From Dehalococcoidia bacterium (GTDB taxonomy: Bacteria; Chloroflexota; Dehalococcoidia; UBA2979): a stretch of 64,000 nt of DNA. A model generated the notes under the pieces. It saw only the letters and a program-made list of their open reading frames with translations. It did no database searches and was not told the origin of the DNA. Both the position numbers and the translations under genes were made by a program. Within the stretch, counting starts at the first letter, position 1. Every line of letters begins with the position of its first letter. The DNA lies in NCBI GenBank assembly GCA_029246995.1, contig JAQWMB010000007.1, forward strand, positions 51,575 to 115,574, read 5' to 3'. Shown one piece after another: positions 60,285 through 64,000 of this stretch.

Positions 60285-61859
60285 TTAATGTCGAAAGTGA
60301 CGTGTGCCAGTATGAAATAATGACAGAGCAAATTTTTTTGCAACCTTAATAGTTTCTTCGTCTCTAATAGATCCTCCAGGTTGTACTACAGCTCTAATTC
60401 CAGCTTCCCCGGCTAACTCGATAGAATCAGAAAAAGGAAAAAATGCATCTGATGCAAGCACTGCTCCTATTTTTTGATCTCCTGCAGAATTAAGTGCTAG
60501 CTTTGTACTTTCAACTCTATTTGGTTGTCCGGCACCCATACCTAACAATGTGCCATTTTTAACAATTGCAATTGCATTAGATTTTATGTGCTTGACAATT
60601 TTCCACGAAACCATTAAGTCATCCATTTTTTTTGATTCTATTTTTTTACCTGAAATTAAATCAAAGTTATCTTCAGAGTAATCAACATTTTGAGATAAAA
60701 AACCTCCGTGTACACTTATAAAATCATTAGGTTCACTTTCCCATAAATATGGATTCATTGAGATTAGACGTAAGTCTTTTGATTTCTTCTTTAAGTGTTC
60801 CAGCCCATCCTTATCAAAACCAGGAGCAATAATTATTTCGAAAAACATTTTATTACCATTCAGAGGACTTAACTTCGACCTTAAAGTCTGTGCAAAGCTT
60901 TTATCCACTATTCTATTTACGGCTACGATGCCTCCAAACGCAGAAACTGCATCACCATTATTTAAAGCATCACTGTATAGATTACTTAAACTTGAATTCC
61001 CTGATGAAAAACAACATGGATTAGTATGTTTAATAATAGCAACTGCAGGTTCTTTGAAATCACATACTAACTTATAAGCTGCATCTGCATCTAAAACATT
61101 AACATAAGACATATCTTTACCATGGTGTTGCAAAGGTCCAGTATTTTTGTTAATTAATTTATTAATTGAATTAATTTTGTATAAAGCCCCATTTTGATGA
61201 GGATTTTCACCGTATCTAAGTTCCATAACTTTGTGCAATGAAATAATTTTTTCATCTGGAAATTGATTATCAATATTAGTAAAGTATTCTGCAATTAAAG
61301 AATCATATTTTGCAGTATGTAGAAAAGTTGACTGAGCCAGTTGCTTTTTGAATTCTGTAGGCATTTCTGAAATTTTATTTTTATATTTTTTCAAATTACG
61401 TATAACTTCATCATAAAATTTTGGACCAGATATAGATAAAACATGCTCAAAGTTTTTTGCTGATGCCCTTAACATTGCTGGGCCTCCTATATCTATTTGT
61501 TCTACTACTTCAGGCACTGTAATATCTTCATTGCTAGCAATAGTTTCAGAGAAAGGATAAAGATTGCAAATTACGATATCAATCGATTCAAATTTCCCAT
61601 TTTTGATTTCCTCTTTATCTAAATTATTATCTCGACGATATAAAATACCTGCATATATTTTAGGATGCAAGGTTTTTACACGGCCTTCCAACAATTCTGG
61701 CTGACCAGTAAAATCTGAGACTGCGGTAACAGGTAAATTATAATCTTTAATTTTTTTATATGTTCCACCAGTTGCCAGTAACTCCCAGCCCAATTCCACT
61801 AAAGCACTTGCAATAATATTTAAGTTTGTCTTGTCGTAAACTGCTAGAAGGGCTTTCAT
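60285..61859 (-). CDS. purH: bifunctional AICAR transformylase / IMP cyclohydrolase
   Basis: 524 aa. MGS-like N-terminus plus the AICARFT domain. Confidence 0.9.
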   Translation of the reverse strand: MKALLAVYDKTNLNIIASALVELGWELLATGGTYKKIKDYNLPVTAVSDFTGQPELLEGRVKTLHPKIYAGILYRRDNNLDKEEIKNGKFESIDIVICNLYPFSETIASNEDITVPEVVEQIDIGGPAMLRASAKNFEHVLSISGPKFYDEVIRNLKKYKNKISEMPTEFKKQLAQSTFLHTAKYDSLIAEYFTNIDNQFPDEKIISLHKVMELRYGENPHQNGALYKINSINKLINKNTGPLQHHGKDMSYVNVLDADAAYKLVCDFKEPAVAIIKHTNPCCFSSGNSSLSNLYSDALNNGDAVSAFGGIVAVNRIVDKSFAQTLRSKLSPLNGNKMFFEIIIAPGFDKDGLEHLKKKSKDLRLISMNPYLWESEPNDFISVHGGFLSQNVDYSEDNFDLISGKKIESKKMDDLMVSWKIVKHIKSNAIAIVKNGTLLGMGAGQPNRVESTKLALNSAGDQKIGAVLASDAFFPFSDSIELAGEAGIRAVVQPGGSIRDEETIKVAKKFALSLFHTGTRHFRH

Positions 61860-62926
61860 GGTAAATGTTTACTCATGACTTTAACTTTATTTTTCGTAAT
61901 TGGAGTTATTTCACCTACATGAATTAAATTATTTAAATTATGTTGAATCTTATTAATAATTTTATTATTAATTACAAAAATAATACCTATGCCCATATTA
62001 AAAACTTCGAACATCTCTTCATAGGTTAAATCTCCTTGTTCTTTTATGATTTTATATAATGAGGGATGTGTAAAATTTGATAAATCAACTGAAGCAGACA
62101 AATTTTCTGGGATAATTCGTTCTAAATTTAATGCGATGCCTCCACCTGTAATGTGAGCAATCCCTCTTAGGGCTTCAGGGTCTGTTTCAATTATATCTAA
62201 AATAATATCTTTATAACTTAAATGAGGCTGCATCAGTGCATGGCCTAAGCTTGTATCTAATCCTTCAATATTTTGAGACAATATACTAGTGTCATGCTTG
62301 ATGGATCCATTAAGATTCCAGATTTTTCTAATCATGGTAAAACCATTTGTTTGTAATCCATTAGAAGGAACTGCATAAAGCTGATCTCCTGATTCCATTT
62401 TGGTCCCATCTATAAGATCTTCTTGTTCAACAGCGCCAACCATAAAACCGACAATATCAAAAGCATTACTCAAATATAAATCTGGTAAATCTGCTGTTTC
62501 TCCACCTATTAATGCAACATTATTTTCTTTACAAGCCTTAGTCATGCCATCAACTAATTCAATTCTATCCTGTTGTGATAAATCAGGACCAGCACCGATA
62601 TAATCTAAAAAAAACAATGGTAATGCTCCAGCACACATTACATCATTTACGCAATGATTGACCAAATCTTCTCCCATCATTTTTAAACTATTAGTTGTTT
62701 TGGCTAACAACAACTTAGTCCCTACCCCATCTGTAGAAGAAATTAAAACTGGATTTTTATAGTTGGCTAATTTAAATGCAGCACCAAATGGACCTATATC
62801 AGATAAAACATTACTATTCATAGTTTTTTTAGCAAGTTTTGCATAAGCTTTTAATGTTTCATTTGCGGCATATATATCAACACCAGCTGATTCATATATT
62901 TTTTCTTGATTTTCTTCATTATTCAA
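61856..62926 (-). CDS. purM: phosphoribosylformylglycinamidine cyclo-ligase (AIR synthetase)
   Basis: 356 aa with PurM N and C domains. Confidence 0.9.
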   Translation of the reverse strand: MNNEENQEKIYESAGVDIYAANETLKAYAKLAKKTMNSNVLSDIGPFGAAFKLANYKNPVLISSTDGVGTKLLLAKTTNSLKMMGEDLVNHCVNDVMCAGALPLFFLDYIGAGPDLSQQDRIELVDGMTKACKENNVALIGGETADLPDLYLSNAFDIVGFMVGAVEQEDLIDGTKMESGDQLYAVPSNGLQTNGFTMIRKIWNLNGSIKHDTSILSQNIEGLDTSLGHALMQPHLSYKDIILDIIETDPEALRGIAHITGGGIALNLERIIPENLSASVDLSNFTHPSLYKIIKEQGDLTYEEMFEVFNMGIGIIFVINNKIINKIQHNLNNLIHVGEITPITKNKVKVMSKHLP

Positions 62927-62946
62927 TGTTGCCTTCTTTCATAAAA

Positions 62947-64000
62947 CTAAAATTGTAAACCATGACGATCCGCGGTTTCAGTTTCCAATTGCATTTTATC
63001 AAATTGTAAAGGGACATTTGTAGGATAATTACCAGTAAAACATGCAGTGCAAAGGCTATCTTCTGAATTATCAGTTGCAGCAATAGTATTCTCTATAGAT
63101 AAATAACCCAATGAATCAGCACCTATATGTTGTTCGATCTCATCTATTGATTTATGATTTGCAATTAATTCTGCTTTATTTGCCATATCAACACCATAAA
63201 AACATGGATTAGTAATAGGAGGAGAAGTAATGCGCATATGAACTTCTTTAGCACCTGCCTTGCGTAACATGCTGATAACCCGTGGTGTTGTCGTCCCACG
63301 AACAATCGAATCGTCAACTAAAACGATTCGTTTGTTCTTGACCATTTCACTCATAGGATTGAATTTTAATTGTACATTTCTTTCTCTTAAAGACTGATCA
63401 GGCTGTATAAATGTTCTCCCAACATAACGATTTTTCATTAAAGCTTCACCATAAGGAATTTTTGATTCTTCAGAATAGCCTATTGCTGCAGCAATTGCTG
63501 AGTCTGGAACTCCAACAACTAAATCAGCTTCTACTGGGAATTCTTTTGCTAACAACCGACCCATTTTTTGTCTTATGGGATGAACAAGTGATTTTTTAAA
63601 TCTCGAATCTGGTCGTGCAAAATATATATACTCTAGTAAACAAAAAGCATTCCTTTTTGGTGCAATGCCTTGAACTGAGTGTAAACCTGCAGAATCAATT
63701 TTTACAATTTCTCCTGGATTTATATCTCTTATATATTCAGCACCAAGATGATCTAAGGCACATGTTTCCGAAGCAAAAAACCAACCATCATTGTCCATTT
63801 TACCTAAAGATAATGGCCTAATACCATTCCCGTCACGAACTGCATAAACTGCATCCTTGACTAATATTGCTAATGAATATGCCCCTTCAACTTTCTGCAT
63901 CATGTGTGATATTTTTGCTTCCCAGGTATCACCAGGAGCGTTGCAAATTAATTGTGTCAAAACTTCAGTATCACTTGAAGTCTTAAATTCTACACCCTGT
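62947..64000 (-). CDS. purF: amidophosphoribosyltransferase (partial; the N-terminus lies beyond the window end)
   Basis: The frame stays open through 64000 (…GVEFKTSSDTEVLTQLI…). PRTase motif VLVDDSIVRGTT. Confidence 0.85.
   Translation of the reverse strand, partial: QGVEFKTSSDTEVLTQLICNAPGDTWEAKISHMMQKVEGAYSLAILVKDAVYAVRDGNGIRPLSLGKMDNDGWFFASETCALDHLGAEYIRDINPGEIVKIDSAGLHSVQGIAPKRNAFCLLEYIYFARPDSRFKKSLVHPIRQKMGRLLAKEFPVEADLVVGVPDSAIAAAIGYSEESKIPYGEALMKNRYVGRTFIQPDQSLRERNVQLKFNPMSEMVKNKRIVLVDDSIVRGTTTPRVISMLRKAGAKEVHMRITSPPITNPCFYGVDMANKAELIANHKSIDEIEQHIGADSLGYLSIENTIAATDNSEDSLCTACFTGNYPTNVPLQFDKMQLETETADRHGLQF

Noticed and set aside
1-64000. Mobile elements, prophage genes, CRISPR arrays, rRNA genes
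   Set aside because: No transposase, integrase, phage structural genes, direct-repeat/spacer arrays or rRNA-like sequence were recognised. The only repeats are the in-frame coding tandem repeats listed as features.

Overview
This is a low-GC (roughly 30-35%) bacterial chromosomal segment made almost entirely of core housekeeping genes. The centre, from about 12.4 to 43.1 kb, is one co-directional minus-strand block. It runs glyA, acyl-CoA dehydrogenase, rpsF-ssb-rpsR, hom, thrC, folE and a GT4 glycosyltransferase. It then continues with the str operon (rpsL-rpsG-fusA, with no tuf) joined directly to the S10-spc-alpha ribosomal operons (rpsJ through rplQ, including secY-adk-map-infA-rpmJ), and ends with truA-rplM-rpsI. 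Flanking this block are several groups of genes. One is a minus-strand group of an MFS transporter, a PNPOx-like protein, a second MFS transporter, an M20 peptidase and htrA. Then come a selenocysteine tRNA (selC), convergent trxB and trxA, plsX, and a plus-strand GNAT-ahcY-metK group. Further along are moaDE, a dnaB / DnaD-domain / tandem DnaI-like replication module, purQL and a 7TM-HD phosphohydrolase. These are followed by rplI, a yqeY-like gene, rpsU, an amidohydrolase and two tiny zinc-ribbon ORFs. The window ends with a Rieske / split cytochrome b / diheme cytochrome c operon, a GT2 glycosyltransferase and purH-purM-purF. No rRNA, CRISPR, transposase or phage gene was seen. The features most worth a second look are: a confident tRNA-Sec; ribosomal proteins carrying in-frame tandem-repeat acidic tails (uL3, uS17, bL9) and other extensions (uL13 with a Rho_N-like tail, uL24 with a C4 zinc ribbon, uS12 loop insertion); ahcY frameshifted inside an A8 homopolymer; a helicase-loader protein with two fused AAA+ modules; and a coiled-coil protein with (KPIAK)5 repeats embedded in the hom-thrC operon. 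The lineage cannot be assigned from the sequence alone, but Gram-positive/Terrabacteria-like traits are present (DnaD/DnaI, rpsU-yqeY, Zn-type S14, MshA-like GT4).
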